A DNA stretch of 64,000 nt from NCBI RefSeq assembly GCF_963921235.1, contig NC_086097.1, forward strand, positions 148,120,001 through 148,184,000, read 5' to 3'. The number at the start of each line of letters is the position of its first letter. The first letter of the stretch is position 1. Below the pieces are notes generated by a model. It was given only the letters and a program-made list of their open reading frames with translations, was not told the DNA's origin and made no database searches. Shown here in pieces: positions 12,563 through 25,629 of this stretch. The DNA is from Mobula hypostoma. Lineage: Eukaryota. The position numbers and the translations under genes are program-made.

Positions 12563-13281
12563 TTGATATACTGCATCCGGTGCTCCTGCTGCAGCCTTCT
12601 ATATATTGGCAAGACCCGACGCAGACTGGGAGACCATTTTGCTGAACACCTACACTCTGTCTGCCAGAGAAAGCAGGATCTCCCAGTGGCCACACATTTT
12701 AATTCCACGTCCCATTCCCATTCTGATATGTCTATCCATGGCCTCCTCTAGTGTCAAGATGAAGCCACACTCAGGTTGGAGGAACAACACCTTCTATTCC
12801 GTCTGGGTAGTTTCCAACCTGATGGCATGAACATTGACTTCTCTAACTTCCGTTAATGCCCCTCCTCCCCTCCTTACCCCAACCCGTATTTATTTATTTA
12901 TCCCCCCCCTTTCTCTTTTTTCTCCCTCTGTCCCTCTTACTATATCTTCCTCTGGGCTCCCCTCCCCCCTTCTCTTTCTCCCCAGGCTTCCCATCCCATG
13001 ATCTTCTCCCTTCTCCAGCCTGGTATCCCTTTTGCCAATCAACTTTCCAGCTCTTAGATCCACCCCTCCCCTCCTGTCTTCTCCTATCATTTCATTTCCC
13101 CCTCCCCCTCCCTCTTTCAAATCTCTTACTATCTCTTCTTTCAGTTAGTCCTGAAGAAGGGTCCCGGCCCGAAACGTCGACTGTACCTCTTCCTATCTAT
13201 GCTGCCTGGCCTGCTGTGTTCACCAGCATTTTTTGTGTGTGTTGCTGGAATTTCCAGCATCTGCAGATTTCCTCGTGTCTG
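12563..13281 (+). mobile_element. Penelope-like element 3' part: GIY-YIG endonuclease pseudo-ORF (12563-12856) plus pyrimidine-rich terminal repeat
   Basis: IYCIRCSCCSLLYIGKTRRRLGDHFAEHLHSV..PVATHFN..H..MSIHGLL*CQDEATLRLEEQHLLFRLGSFQPDGMNIDFSNFR*; one premature stop at 12749. Confidence 0.9.
13147..13182 (+). ncRNA. Minimal type I hammerhead ribozyme motif in the PLE terminal repeat
   Basis: AGUC / CUGAAGA / A / GGGU-CCCG-GCCC / GAAA / CG-UC / GACU; predicted cleavage after C13178. Confidence 0.75.
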
Positions 13282-13775
13282 AGATATTATTGTATATTAG
13301 TATTGTATGTAGCATAACCTATCTGTTCTTGTATTCAATGCCTTAATTCATATAGGAAGGTAACCCGAGTATTGTTAAGCTGCCTTAATGTCCAGTCTTT
13401 TACCTTTAGGTATCTATCTAACAATACATATGGAAATGGGAGGAGGAGGAGGAGGCCGTTCAGTCCTTTGGCCTTACTCTGCCATATAGAAAGATCATGA
13501 GTTGTTCCTACTTCTGTGGGAACATGTCTGAAAACATTTCTGCCAATTCTGAGAACCACTTAATTCCTTCAATATCAACAACTTATCAACATGCATTGCA
13601 ACTGCAATCAAAGACCGAGCCATGGAGGTCAAGAATTCCAAAGACTGAGTGGAGAAATATTTCCTCATTTCATTATGAATAGTCTGCCCCTTATTTTGAG
13701 TTTCTGACTCTTAGCCAGAGGAATCATCTGCCTTGCATCTACTTATCCAAAAATCATTAGGAATTTTCTAATTTT

Positions 13776-14760
13776 CAGAATCAGAATCAGGTTTAATATG
13801 TTGTGAAATTTGTTGTTCTGTGGCAGCAAAACATTGACACACATAATAATAAAAAACTATGAATTACAATAAGAAGCATATATAAAAAGAAAATTAAATA
13901 AGCAGTGTAAAAGGAGAAGGGAAAACACTAAAATATTGTTCATGAGTTCATTGTTCATTCAGAAATCTGATGGTGGACGGAAAGCTGTTCCTGAAATGAT
14001 TGGTATGTGTCTTCAAGCTCCTGTACTTCCTCCTTGAAGGTAGCATTGAGAAGAGGGTACGTCCTGGCTGATGAAGGTCCTGGATGATCAATACCACCTT
14101 TTTGAGGCATCTCCTTTTGAAGGTGTCCTGGATGCGGGGAAGACTAGTGCCCATGATGGAGCTGATTGAGCCTAAAACTTACTGCAGCTTTTTCCGATCC
14201 TGTGCAGTAGCCCCTCTGTACTAGGCAGTGATGCATCGAGTTAGATTGCTCTTCATGGTTCATCTGCAGAAATTTACACGTGTCTTTGGTGACATACAAA
14301 TTCTCCTCAAATTCCTTATAAAATATAGCCGTTGACGATTACAGTTCTTTGTAATTGCATTAATATTTTGGGCCCAGGATAGATCCTCAGAGATGTAGAC
14401 ACCCAGGAATTGAAAGGGCTCACCTTTTTCACTTCTGATCCATTGATGAGGACTGACGTATGATCCCTCAACTTCTCTCTCCTGAGTCCACAATCAATGC
14501 CTTGGTCTTACTGACATTGAGTGTAAGGTTGTTGCTGTGACACCACTCAACCGGCTGATCTGTCTCGCACATGTACACCTTCTTGTAACCATCTGAAAGA
14601 CTGCCAATAATACCTGTGCTGTCAGCAAATTTGTAGATGCCATTGGAGATGTGTCTAGCCACGCATTTGTGGGTGTAGAGAGATTAGAACAGTGGACTAA
14701 GCACACATTCTCAAGGTGCGCCAGCATTGATTGTCAGTGTGTTATTTCTGATCTGCACAG
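13776..14760 (-). mobile_element. Rex1/Babar-clade LINE 3' fragment
   Basis: IYKFADSTGIIG..VEWCHSNNLTLNVSKTK; RQRLYFIRNLRR; RNSFPSTIRFLN; (ATTCTG)n tail at 13776-13795. Confidence 0.85.
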
Positions 14761-15039
14761 TTAGAACACACTTATCCTTAATTTCTAGAGAATAGACGCC
14801 TAGCCTACTCAATGCCTCCTCAACGGACACAGTTGGCATTTCAGGAACTAAGACGGCAAATCTCTGTTGTACTCCCGTTTTAGCAAGTATTTCCTTTTTT
14901 GTGTGTGTCAGCAGATCGAGATTATACACAGTACTCCAGGTATTATCACAGCAAGGTCCCGTGTTTTTGTAGTTAGATGTCTTTATCCATGTACTCAGAT
15001 CTGCTGTCACTGTTTTGCAGCTTTGCTTAGGTAATCAGT

Positions 15040-15475
15040 ATTAAAGTGCTCACTGCAGAAGATTAGTTTCCTTGCAGACATTTACTGGAAAATCAAGAAA
15101 TACAATAGAATTTATGAAAAACTATACATAGCAGAGACTAACAAACAACCATCATGCAAAAAAGGACAAAACATGTAAGTAACAAATTAGAAAAATAATA
15201 ATAATACTGATAACACAAGTTGCAGCGTCCTCAACAGTGAGTCTATAGGTTGTGGGATCCATTCAGCACTGAGCTGAGTCAAGTTATCCACAATGGTTCG
15301 GGAACTTGATGGTTGTAGGTAATAACTGTTCCTGAACCTGGTAGTGTGGCACCTAAGCCTCCTGTACCTCCTGCTCAATGGTAGTAGAGAGTAGAGAGCA
15401 TTGCCTGAATGATAAGTGTCTTTGAGGATAGATCCTGCTTTCTTGTGGCTGCACTCAATGATGGAGAGGGTGTCT
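15040..15475 (-). mobile_element. Rex1/Babar LINE 3' fragment
   Basis: RRYRRLRCHTTRFRNSYY and a Rex-type 3' UTR. Confidence 0.75.
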
Positions 15476-15479
15476 TAAT

Positions 15480-17260
15480 AAGTGTATAGGGAACAGCATT
15501 ACTCATCTTACATGAGTTTTCTCAAGCTTATGAAGGCTTTTGATTCTGTCAGCGAAGTGGAGCTATATAAAATTCTTCTCACATTTGTCTGTTTTCAGCA
15601 ATTCTGTATTGGCTACAGGACGAGATGCAAGGCATGCTACCAATCAGTGGGTCTACCACAGACTTATTCCAATGCAGAATGAAGCCAAGCAAGGCTGTGT
15701 CATTGCTCCTTGTATTGCTGATTCTTTCTCATCACAATATTGTACTTCATTCCCAATGCTAGGGCATATTCTGGAACTGGGTATATAGAATCAGAATCAG
15801 ATTTATTACCACTGGCATATGTTGTGAAATTCATTAACTTTACAGCAGTACAATGAAATACATGATAAATAGAAAAAAACTGAATTGCAGTCTATATATA
15901 TATATAAATAACTAGTGCAAAAACAAAATCAGAAATAAAAAAAGTAGTGAGGTAATGTTCATGGGTGTAATGTCTGTTTAGAAATGAGATGGTAGGGCGG
16001 AAGAAGCTGTTCCTGAATCACTGACTGTGTGCCTTCAGGCTTCTGTACCTCCTCCCTGACAGTAACAACAAGAGGAGGGCATGTCCTGGCAAATAAAACA
16101 AATACTAATTTCACCAGCAACCAATGTTCAGATTTGAATGTGGATTGCAGATTGAATTTAAAATGGAGCTCAGAACAATTAGACCTCAGATGCCTGCATA
16201 TGCATGAATGCAGCCTAGAGTCAGTGGCAATTATATTCATTTGGGTCTCTGGAGCGTGGGTGCAAAGAAGAAGATGGTTGAAAACTACATGTAATTCAAA
16301 GGAAGCATTGTAGATACCTTGTTACTATAGAATTGTCCTGCTGTTTTTGTCATGTAATAATGGGTCGAGTGGGCCTCTTCTTCGAAGAGTGTCTCGAATT
16401 ATGATGCCTGCTGCTTGTTTTTGTTGAATAAACACTTTAATATCCACTATCTTCTGTCTGTCCAGTGACTTTGTTCAAGTCACAACACCCAACAAGCTAC
16501 CTGCAGGAATATTCCTAATCTATCAGGCAAATTGAAGCCGTTCAACCTGCGTTTCTTCCACTTTACAACCAAGGTCATTCTAATCCCAGTCACGAAGTTG
16601 TAGAAGGCAGATGATAAATATTCTACACATCTGCAGGCTATGATCTGAGTCATTACTCATTGAAACACATGAAGGAATGGGCTTGCAGTTCATGTGCAAA
16701 GAAAAGGCTTACTGAGAACCTGTCCTCAATGCACAATAATGCTCCATATGACAATAAAGGACCATGTTGAGATCTGGATTTAATGGGCACTGTATCTTGG
16801 CAGATATTTCTCAGCAAAGGGATATTGGTGAAAAAATTTACCACTGTTCTAGTGTGGCAGTTTAGACTTTGAACATTTGGGGAAAAGAATACCTGAAAAC
16901 CAAAGCATTCAACTCATGGTCTATCAGGCAGCAGTGATCCCAGTCATCCCGCGAACTTCAAAGGCACAAACAATTTAGAGTAGCACTAGAGAGATAGTAA
17001 CAATGCTGCCTGTGCAATATCTTCTAAATCCATGAAATAAGTGAACCCAATATTGGTGTTCTATCCAGTCCAATATCATCATGTTGTTTGCATACCTGAT
17101 GCCAGACATCCAAAATAGGTACTCTGCTCCGAGGTCCGTCTCCGGCAGATCATAAGAAATGCTGCAAAGATGTTCTCAAAGCCTTCTTTAAAAAAAGGCT
17201 GTAGCATCGTTGTGGGCCTTGCCTTATCAAAACGGAGAAGAAACATCTGGGAAGAACCAT
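15480..17260 (+). mobile_element. Degenerate RTE LINE, interrupted by a Rex1 fragment
   Basis: YREQH..KAFDSVS..LYKIL; KQGCVIAP; LMVYQAAVIP-like at about 16915. Confidence 0.7.
15787..16090 (-). mobile_element. Rex1/Babar 3' end nested in RTE
   Basis: (AGAATC)n tail; RRYRSL..FRNSFF remnants. Confidence 0.75.
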
Positions 17261-18144
17261 AAATCCACTACTTATTTTACGTTTTCAGTAGCCCAGTCTG
17301 CTGCGTCTGAATTTAGAAACAGCTCTATAAAACTTATACATCTGGTCCACTTTCTCCAACTAAGGTAATTGAATTATATTATCAAATGGATTTGTTTCCT
17401 TTCATTGCACCCTGTAAGGATAATTAAAAATTAAAATAAAAACTGGCCTAATTTCCCATCTGTTGTCCTTTATTCACAAAGTGGAAAACAAAGTAGGGGA
17501 GGAGGGGTGGGGTTGGTGGTGGGGGAAGTTACTGTCTTGTGGGATATGAGCCCCTGAGGATTTACAGCATTTTACATTTCAAAATTAATCAACTTCAGAC
17601 ATTGTTTTGGTGGATAACAATTTATCAGTTTATTAAAGAGACAGAATCCATTTTTGTTTGACCTACTTAAGATGACTTTTCTCAAACAGTATTATCAAGA
17701 GACTTGAAAATTGCCTGTATGATAATTTGTAAGCTGAGAGTTACCAGTCTTGGGTGGCACTTTGGATCTTGAGTCAAAACGTTCTGGTTCTTACTCAAGT
17801 ATCTTGCTACTTACCTTTTGATTATAAAAGCATATCATGAGGTTATATAAATAAGAAGTTTCCACGTGGGAGGGTTATATCTATGCTCTTTTTTCTGCTG
17901 CTTTTTTTTTGACAATCGGACATACAGTTGGTTGCAGAGTTGTACCAGGGAAGACTGTGGTGCTTGAGGAACTCTGCTGTGGTGAAAAGTTAACGGCTGT
18001 GTAATATAAAGTGACGAGAATGATTCTTGAGATCAGTTCCAGAGCAACACTAATGAACTCAATATAGGTTTTTCCATACTGTTTATTGTTCTGAAGCTTC
18101 AAATATAACATCTTAAATGCTTTTCCTCCTGTCTTTACACAGAC

Positions 18145-18420
18145 TTATTTATGTATTTATTGAAATACCGTGCAGAATAGGCCCCTTGCACCGCATGACC
18201 TACAATCCCCCAATTTAATGCTAGCTTAATCACAGGACAACTTACAATGGCCAATTAACCTACAATATGTCTTTGGAATGTGGGAGGAAACCGAAGCACT
18301 TGGAGGAAACCCAAGTGGCCTTGGGGGAAACATACAAATTCCTTACAAGCAGTGGCGGGAATTGAACCCAGACCACTGGTACTGTAAAGTGTTGTGCTAA
18401 TCACTTCACTACCGTGCCAC
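18145..18420 (-). mobile_element. tRNA-derived V-SINE (HE1-like) with CR1-type tail
   Basis: Minus strand: A-box/B-box-like head (GGTTCAATTCCC), V-domain ggtttcctcc..gtgcttcggtttcctcccacattccaaagac, tail ..tcaataaata. Confidence 0.85.
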
Positions 18421-19679
18421 CCCAATATTGCTGCATGGAAACAGACCCTTTTGCCCACAGAGTCCATACTGACTATCAAGTGTCCATTTACACTACTTTC
18501 ATTTACTCTGCCCCATTCCTATTCATTGCTCCCAAGTTTTACCACTCCCTATGTACACATTAGGTGCAATTTTACAGAGGCCATTTAACCCACAAACTTG
18601 GATTTATTTGACATGCAGAAATAAACTAGAGCACCTTGCTCACTGGTAATTTTCTCAAAAGTTAACCAAGGGAGTCAAGATGTAAACTGACTACTGCATC
18701 CTTGTACCTACTTTTTCAGTTGTCCTTTAAATCTGCATCATCTTCTCACTACTTCACATCATCTAGCAACAATTTCTTGCTAGAAATTAATTTGTCACAA
18801 AGAGCAAATGAACACTAGGACTGAAAGAGATGGGGATAGTGATTTTAATAAAAACTAGTTCTGAATTGCTCAGCCACTTTCAGTGTTGTTTAGCTGATGT
18901 TCATTTTCTGTAGGAGCTCCTAATTGGAGAAATCAGCAACAAACTGGAGGATTCCATAAGAGAGGTAGGAAGATGGCTGGGATTATGGTAATCTGTCAAT
19001 AGTATCCTACTGTAAAATTATAGCTTTGTATGTACAAATTAATTTATTACATTACCTTGCTCCCTTTTCTGTGCTGAACATTCCTCAGACAGAACAAAAA
19101 TGCTGAAAATCTGAAAAATGAATAGACAAACAACAAACAATATAGTTGATCAATGAATGAGCTCATATAACTAAAAAATGAGATAAAGGAAAAATAATCA
19201 AACGATATGAAGCAATAAATGAAATACTTCCATATGCAAGGGAGTTAATGAGTCAAGTGAGTTGCAAACTTGTTTAATCTAAAACTGTTGAATGATGGAA
19301 TAATCATCAATGCAATGACTGAAAATAAAGAATGAGCAATATTTAAGAAAGTGATTCTGGGGAACAAAAATGACCCTGCGAGAGAAGGAATATTGAAATG
19401 GATCAGAAAATGCTGGTGCAATAAAATGATTATACCAGTTTCTCTAAGAGAAAACACAAGTATGTCACCAAATTCTACCTTCCAGCACTGTATTTTGATG
19501 AAAGAGCCACATGCAAAATGTCAACCTTCCGACTAGCAACCAACATACTGTACTGATAGACCTATGGATATAAATAGGTGGGGTTAGGAGTTGTGGATGT
19601 GCCAGCATAAACTGCCAGATTGTATTGCTGAACCAAATTGGGTGGAAAACTGTCGTTGCTGAAAATCAGATATAAAAAT

Positions 19680-19840
19680 GATACAATGGAAGTAATCAGT
19701 AGGCCAAGCAGTATCTGTCGAGAAAGATGCAGAGTTAATGTTTCAGGTCAGTGACTCTGAAGAAGTTCTGATAAAGGATCATTGATCTGAAAAAATCATT
19801 TTGTTTCTTTCGCCACAGATAATCCTGACATGCTGAGATC
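19680..19840. mobile_element. Old head-to-head PLE terminal-repeat pair
   Basis: gttaatgtttcaggtca ... tctgataaaggatcattgatctgaaa; decayed inverted copies. Confidence 0.5.
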
Positions 19841-19914
19841 GTATTACTACTAAATTGAGCTGGATCTATGAAGATCAGCAAACTTTGTTTTTTTACTTTG
19901 GATATTTAGATCAG

Positions 19915-21320
19915 AAGACCATTAAACATAGTACAAAATTAGGCCACTCGGTCCATCAAATTTTCTCTGCTATTATATCATAGTTGTTTTATTTTTCTTC
20001 TCAAATCCATTCTCCTGTCTTCTCCCCATAACCTTTGAATTCTTTACCAATCAGGAACCTATTAATCTCTGCTTTAATTATTCCCATGGATTTGGCTTCC
20101 TCAGCCATCTGTGGCAATGATTTCCATAGATTCACCACTCTCTGAGAAAAGAAATTCCTCCTCATCTCTCTTCTAAAGGAATATCCCTCTATTCTGAAGC
20201 TATGCCCTCTGGTTCTATACACCCCCATTATTGAAAACATTCACTCCATGTCCACTCTATCCAACCTGTTACGTACCTCGTAACTGGCTTGCCAAACCAG
20301 CAGAAATGGATCACTCAGTTGGAGTCTGGATTACTAGAACTAAGAAAAGTTTTATTAAAGAAACAAGCAACACAGTAATCGAAAGGATAATAAATGCAAC
20401 AGTTCAGCAATGATAAACACACATGTGCACAGAATTAAGATAACAGCATCAATCAAGCTCTATCGTTGTCTAGGGGTAAATGACCAAATTTCAAAGTGAC
20501 ACAAAAGTTCAGTCCAATTTAGCTCAGTTTGCAGTAATCGTTGCCTTGGCAATGGACAACGTGGGGGAAGGGAGAGAGAGAACGGGAACGACTGATCATT
20601 CAGACACGGCTTCCACTCACAGACCGGCGATATTGCTCGCAAGCAGCTTTCGGGCGGGTCCTTTGTGATGTCACCTGAGGTCACCGACTGTGACCCCTCC
20701 TCCAGATGCGGTCGATCCTCTGCAGTGAACCCGGCACCCAAGCGAGGGTGGACACACACCGGGTTCCCGCTGATCGTACCTTTCCACCCTGTGCGTTTAA
20801 GGTCCGATACTTCCCACCGACTCGTGAGAGGCGCACCGCTTCCAGGGTCTCGTTACCTCAGGTGTCGTGTGTCCTGCCTTAGCGAACCTATCCCTTTTTA
20901 TCCCCCTGCTGGGACATTGCCTGTCCATCACTTCAAACAGTTCAGGGTTCAAAGGGGGTGCCGCTCTAGACAGCCCTCTCTCCCCTGTCCCTTCATTACA
21001 CATCTCCAAATGCTGCTTCATTGTTCCTTATCTCTCTCTTGAAGACAGGTGGCAGACCGACTGCTGATCACACAGGACAGCTAACATCTTATCTATGTGT
21101 ATTCTTGTCACAAACCCTTTCAATATTTGATAGTTTTCAATGAGAGCCCTCCTCATTTTTCTAAACGCCAGTGAGTACAGGCCCAGAGCCAGCAAACATT
21201 CCTCATACATTAACCCTTTCATTCCCAGGATCATTCTTATAAACCTCTTCCAGTGCCAGCACATCGATTCTTTAATATCGGGGCCCAAAACTGCTCATGA
21301 TGCTCCAGATGTTTTGTGAC
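19915..21320 (-). mobile_element. CR1 3' fragment split by a solo LTR
   Basis: RTRGHS..FFSQRVVNLWKSLP (20001-20240) and ALGLYSLAFRKMRRALIENYQILKG (21113-21288) rejoin when the LTR is removed. Confidence 0.85.
20267..21112 (-). mobile_element. Solo LTR of about 846 bp (Gypsy/ERV-type) with 4 bp TSD
   Basis: TGTTAC...GTCACA termini; AACC duplicated at 20263-20266 and 21113-21116; minus-strand GATAAAAAG (~20895) and AATAAA (~20352); CpG-rich. Confidence 0.85.
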
Positions 21321-23229
21321 TATTTTCACCCTCTGCACATCAAAGTAAAATCTCTACATTAACTACTTGACACAGAACTCCAATGATTAACAGCTGAAAC
21401 AAAGATCTCAATTTTTTTCTCATAACTTTCAATTAAGAAATAAGAACAAGTGTCAATAGTATTTACAGTGTTAAGTCCTCTTGATGCCCACTGGTTGCAG
21501 AATGTCTTTAGTGTAATAACAGACACTACTTGTCTTCTGCAGATAAAAAATTGTGTGGCTGTCAGAGTAATGCCACCTGTTCCGTTGCATCCATGTTGAG
21601 CCCAAAGATTGACAAGCTCAGAATAGACGCAATAGAGGAGCATACCGCTTAGAACATTCCTTTGTCAGTGCAGGAAATGGATGACAAACCTACATGTGCA
21701 ATTGCGGTGAGCCACAGTCATTGAATTTTGCCCCCTCAGTGTGCAACGAATGCACAAAGTGAAAAGAGTGAAAATGTACATTGATTACATATTTGAAGTG
21801 GAATTTGTATTTGGAACCCTGTAGAGGATTGGAGTCACATGGTTGTAGCAAGTGGCACAGGAGGAAAAGAGATAGTGGTAGAATAGAACAACAAAGATAT
21901 CAAGGAAGGAACTGAATGAATAGAAACTCTGTGCGGGAAGTTAATTCCTATGCTGAATGTCCCAGTAAATTTTCTCAATTTGCAAAGCTCTGAGTTGAGA
22001 ATGAAAACTGGTACTGTCTGCTATCCAGAATTAATAAACTGAATTTAGTTAATGAACAATTACAAAGAGAAATGTTAATTAAAGACATTCAACATTGATT
22101 TGTAAAGGGAACGTCGTGCATGACTAACTTAATTTAATTCTTCTCAAAAACTCATAGACAAAGGAAAACAATAAGATGCTGAGAACTCTTTTGTTCACAA
22201 TTTAAATACATGATACTGGGGAATAATGGGAAATAAAGGCCTTGCATTTATAGAGCATGTTTCATGACCTTAGAGAGCTCTGAAACATGCCACAGCCAAT
22301 AATCTGTTCAGTGAACTTGGTTGAATTCTGGCCTCCTCAAATGTCTTTTTCCCTCTTTCTTTGAGTGACTAACCCACCCCTCTCCCCTCCCAATGTTTGT
22401 GTTACATCTTGTAGAATTTTGCAGGATTTAAACAATGTGATTGGATGCGAAAACAGAAAAGGAATTTCAGGAAGAGAAGCAAAATACCTTGGTTCAATTT
22501 TGCACTGAGCATTCAGCAAACAAGATGCTAAGCTCTGGAATTCCTTGTATGCTCTTGTCTTCACAAACTAAATAAGCTTAATAAAGCTAATATTATAATA
22601 ACAGTCAGAGCAGAGTAAATCTATATTACAATTCGCAGCAAACCGGATAGTGAATGAATAAGATTGATCAATTTGATAACAACTCTCTTTTGTTTTCTTT
22701 TTGTTGTATTGATTAGTCTAATGGATGTAATGCCAAGAAGTGGAACATGGTCACTAATTTGATTACTTGCTTTCTTTGTCTAATTTATAGAGATGCTAAG
22801 AGTTGCAGATCTGGAGTTCTAATGCTGCCATTGTATGAAGGTGGATGTAATGCTGTGTGGTTAATTTTATTAAATTTGTGGACTGGAATCAAAAGAAATG
22901 ATCATAAAATCTGCTGGATTGTTTTTGGGATCTACTTGGTTCACATGCATTCTTTCAGAGAAGCTGCCACTCCTGCTTACTCTTATGACTCTTGCCTATT
23001 GCCGTATGACTGCTTCTCTGAACATCTCTAAAACAATGGGGTTGCAACAAGCCTGGCACTTCTCTGAATAGTTCTCCTGACATTTCAGCCTAGGCATTGA
23101 AAATGATAGTAAACTTAGATTTGTGTAAGTCATCTATAACTCCACTGTGTTCAAATTTACGTTAAATTCAGTGAAATAATTTTGGAATGAACTCATCACT
23201 GCATTGTAGGAAAACCAATTTGCTTCAGT

Positions 23230-23325
23230 TAGTCCTGATGAAGGGTCTCGGCCTGAAACGTCGACTACACCTCTTCCTAGAGATGCTGCCTGGCCTGCTG
23301 TGTTCACCAGCAACTTTTATGTGTG
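23230..23325 (+). mobile_element. Stand-alone short PLE terminal-repeat insertion
   Basis: Nearly identical to 13141-13245; flanked by the direct repeat TTGCTTCAGT (23220-23229, 23326-23335). Confidence 0.85.
23231..23266 (+). ncRNA. Minimal hammerhead ribozyme motif with canonical CUGAUGA core
   Basis: AGUC CUGAUGA A GGGU-CUCG-GCCU GAAA CG UC GACU. Confidence 0.72.
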
Positions 23326-23489
23326 TTGCTTCAGTGATGTTAGTTCATAGCTAAATATTGGCCTGCTTGCCCTGAGCAGCGACCTGTTCTTCTCCAAAAC
23401 AGTATCATGGAATCTTTTATGTTCATTTAAAAGGACGGAGCCCTTCTCAGTTTAGCTCTTCCAATAAAGTTTGGTACCTCTAACAGTAC

Positions 23490-23830
23490 TGTCTTGATTT
23501 TATGCCTTGTAAATGTGCTCATAGTGGGAAGGACTTTTCCTGTGATGGACTGGGCAGTATCCACAACTTGTTCTTGGTTTTTCTGTTCTTGGACATAGAC
23601 CCTGATGCAACCAATCACTGTGCATCTCTAATGTGATCATGCCAAGGCACTTAAGGTTGCTGACCCTCTCCATCTCTGATTCCCTAATGAAGATTGGCTC
23701 TTGGACTCTGGTGTTGTCCTCCTGTGGTCAATAATTAGGTCTTTTGTTTTGCTGATGTTGAGTGAGAGGTTGTTGTTGTGGCAGCATTCAACCAGATTTT
23801 CAGTCTCCCTCCTATATGTTGATTGGTCAA
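23490..23830 (-). mobile_element. Degenerate Rex1 fragment
   Basis: VVDTAQSITGK; antisense of NNLSLNISKTK. Confidence 0.65.
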
Positions 23831-25629
23831 CTAGTGCTGGAAAATGGGAATAGTATTGAAAGGTACCGAATGACTGGCCTGGGGATAGTGGCAGGAGGAC
23901 CTGTTTCTGTGCTGGGTGAATCTATGACTCCATAATTCTTCTGTCAAAATGTCCTTAGACTCAGTGTATGTATTAGTATTGTGCTGGACTCAAATGAAAC
24001 GATCTTTGCTGAGACTTTTCACCAATCTATGGAAAAAAAAGGAAATATTGGAGGTACTTGTTAAGTGAAGCCACATTGGTGAGAAGAGAAATCTGACCTT
24101 AACATTGACTGTATTTCTCTTCCCACAAATGTGTTCTGAAGTAACGAATATTTTTGTTATAGATTTCTAGCATCTGCATTTTTTTCCTTATTTTTGTCTA
24201 TCAGTGGATCCTTGTGATGGCATAGACATCATCCTGAAAGTCTGGAGAATCACATTTACTGGGCTTTACATTCCTCTTCAGATGGACATAACCAAATCCT
24301 CTCTGTCATGGTGCTGGTGCATTACTATCTGTCTCTCAATTGCCACTTCAGCCACCTGTCTCTACTGTGCTCTCATTCTGGGTCACGTCTTCTCTCCCTA
24401 TCTCGAGTGGCGGTTTGAAATCATCGACTGCTCAATTTCCTGACTACTGTCTAGGAACTCCACTTGGTGGTCTGGCAGTAATGCAACTATAAACATTTTG
24501 GGCCTCTTAAGTTCACCTCATCACTTCTCTGTTTGGGTCCGGCTAGGATATCCCAGACATGGCACATAATAATGATGACGAAAGTATCCCAAGCTATGAA
24601 TGGTTTCTGAATTTATTCAATGTCACCGTCTCTGATCCTCTGAAACACCTGAATGACTCAATCCAGGCTATTTCTGGGTACACACACCTGGCCATAACCA
24701 TGATAAGCAACTGCACCCAAATTTTTCTAATTGCAACCCATAATTCAGAGAGGTCCATCACAAAGATGCCTAGTATCATTTTGGTTTGACTTAACAAAAG
24801 GTGGTTGAAGTATTTCCAATATAGAGCTTGATGCATTAACAATATACATGCTTATCAATGCTCTTTCAATTAATCAGGCAGTTTTAACTGCATCAGTTTC
24901 TTCAGTTGAGCAATAAATGCTATTCCACATCCCTAGTTCCACCTCTTCATTTTCTGATTCTATCATACCTATGACACTGGGTGAGCCTATTCCGTACCTA
25001 TTTTTCTCTGCTTTTGCAGAATACTATCCTTGCCAGCAGTTACTTTCTCCAGGGATTTGTACCCTGTGTATTTTGGCAGCTGGAGTGGGCATCTTGATGC
25101 TGAGTGGGTCCCATAACATCCATGGTAAAGATACCTCACTTTTTCTCCCACATGATTTGCTGTCAACCTGTCTTTCGCTCTCATGTTACCCACTTGTTTT
25201 CCTCTCTTATGCACATGTGACCTGGCTGCTAAACAAATCCCATCACTATTACCATTCTCCTGCTCTTGTTCCCTGCTTTCACCACAGACTCATGCCCTGA
25301 AGGAAACTGTTCCACACTTGTGAAGTTCCATCTTCAAGCTGGTGGCTTTTCTGCACGCTCTTTCAAAACTTAAATCCAGCATGTCAAGTAGATTTGCTTC
25401 AATGTTCTCATTTATTGTTGGGAAACTGAACTATCCTGCAGAGCCAAATCTAAAATGGTTTGGAAATTGTCCCTTTTTTGCCAGCATCACTAGCCAAACA
25501 ACGTACTTGATAACAGTTTCCTCTGGTCCCTGGTTGCACATAACTCCAAAAAAAGTCTCTAGATTAAATAATTCCTTATAACTTTACAATGATTTCATAA
25601 GTGACCTCACTCGCGGCTTTGGACCTAAC

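Larger units (their letters stand above)
12180..13780 (-). mobile_element. Old CR1 fragments, interrupted by a PLE at 12563-13281
   Basis: cccagaactg/cctctccagtgcaatcac-like antisense CR1 motifs on both sides of the PLE. Confidence 0.5.

Noticed and set aside
12856..13317. 153 aa Pro/Leu/Ser-rich ORF
   Set aside because: Translation of the pyrimidine-rich PLE terminal repeat
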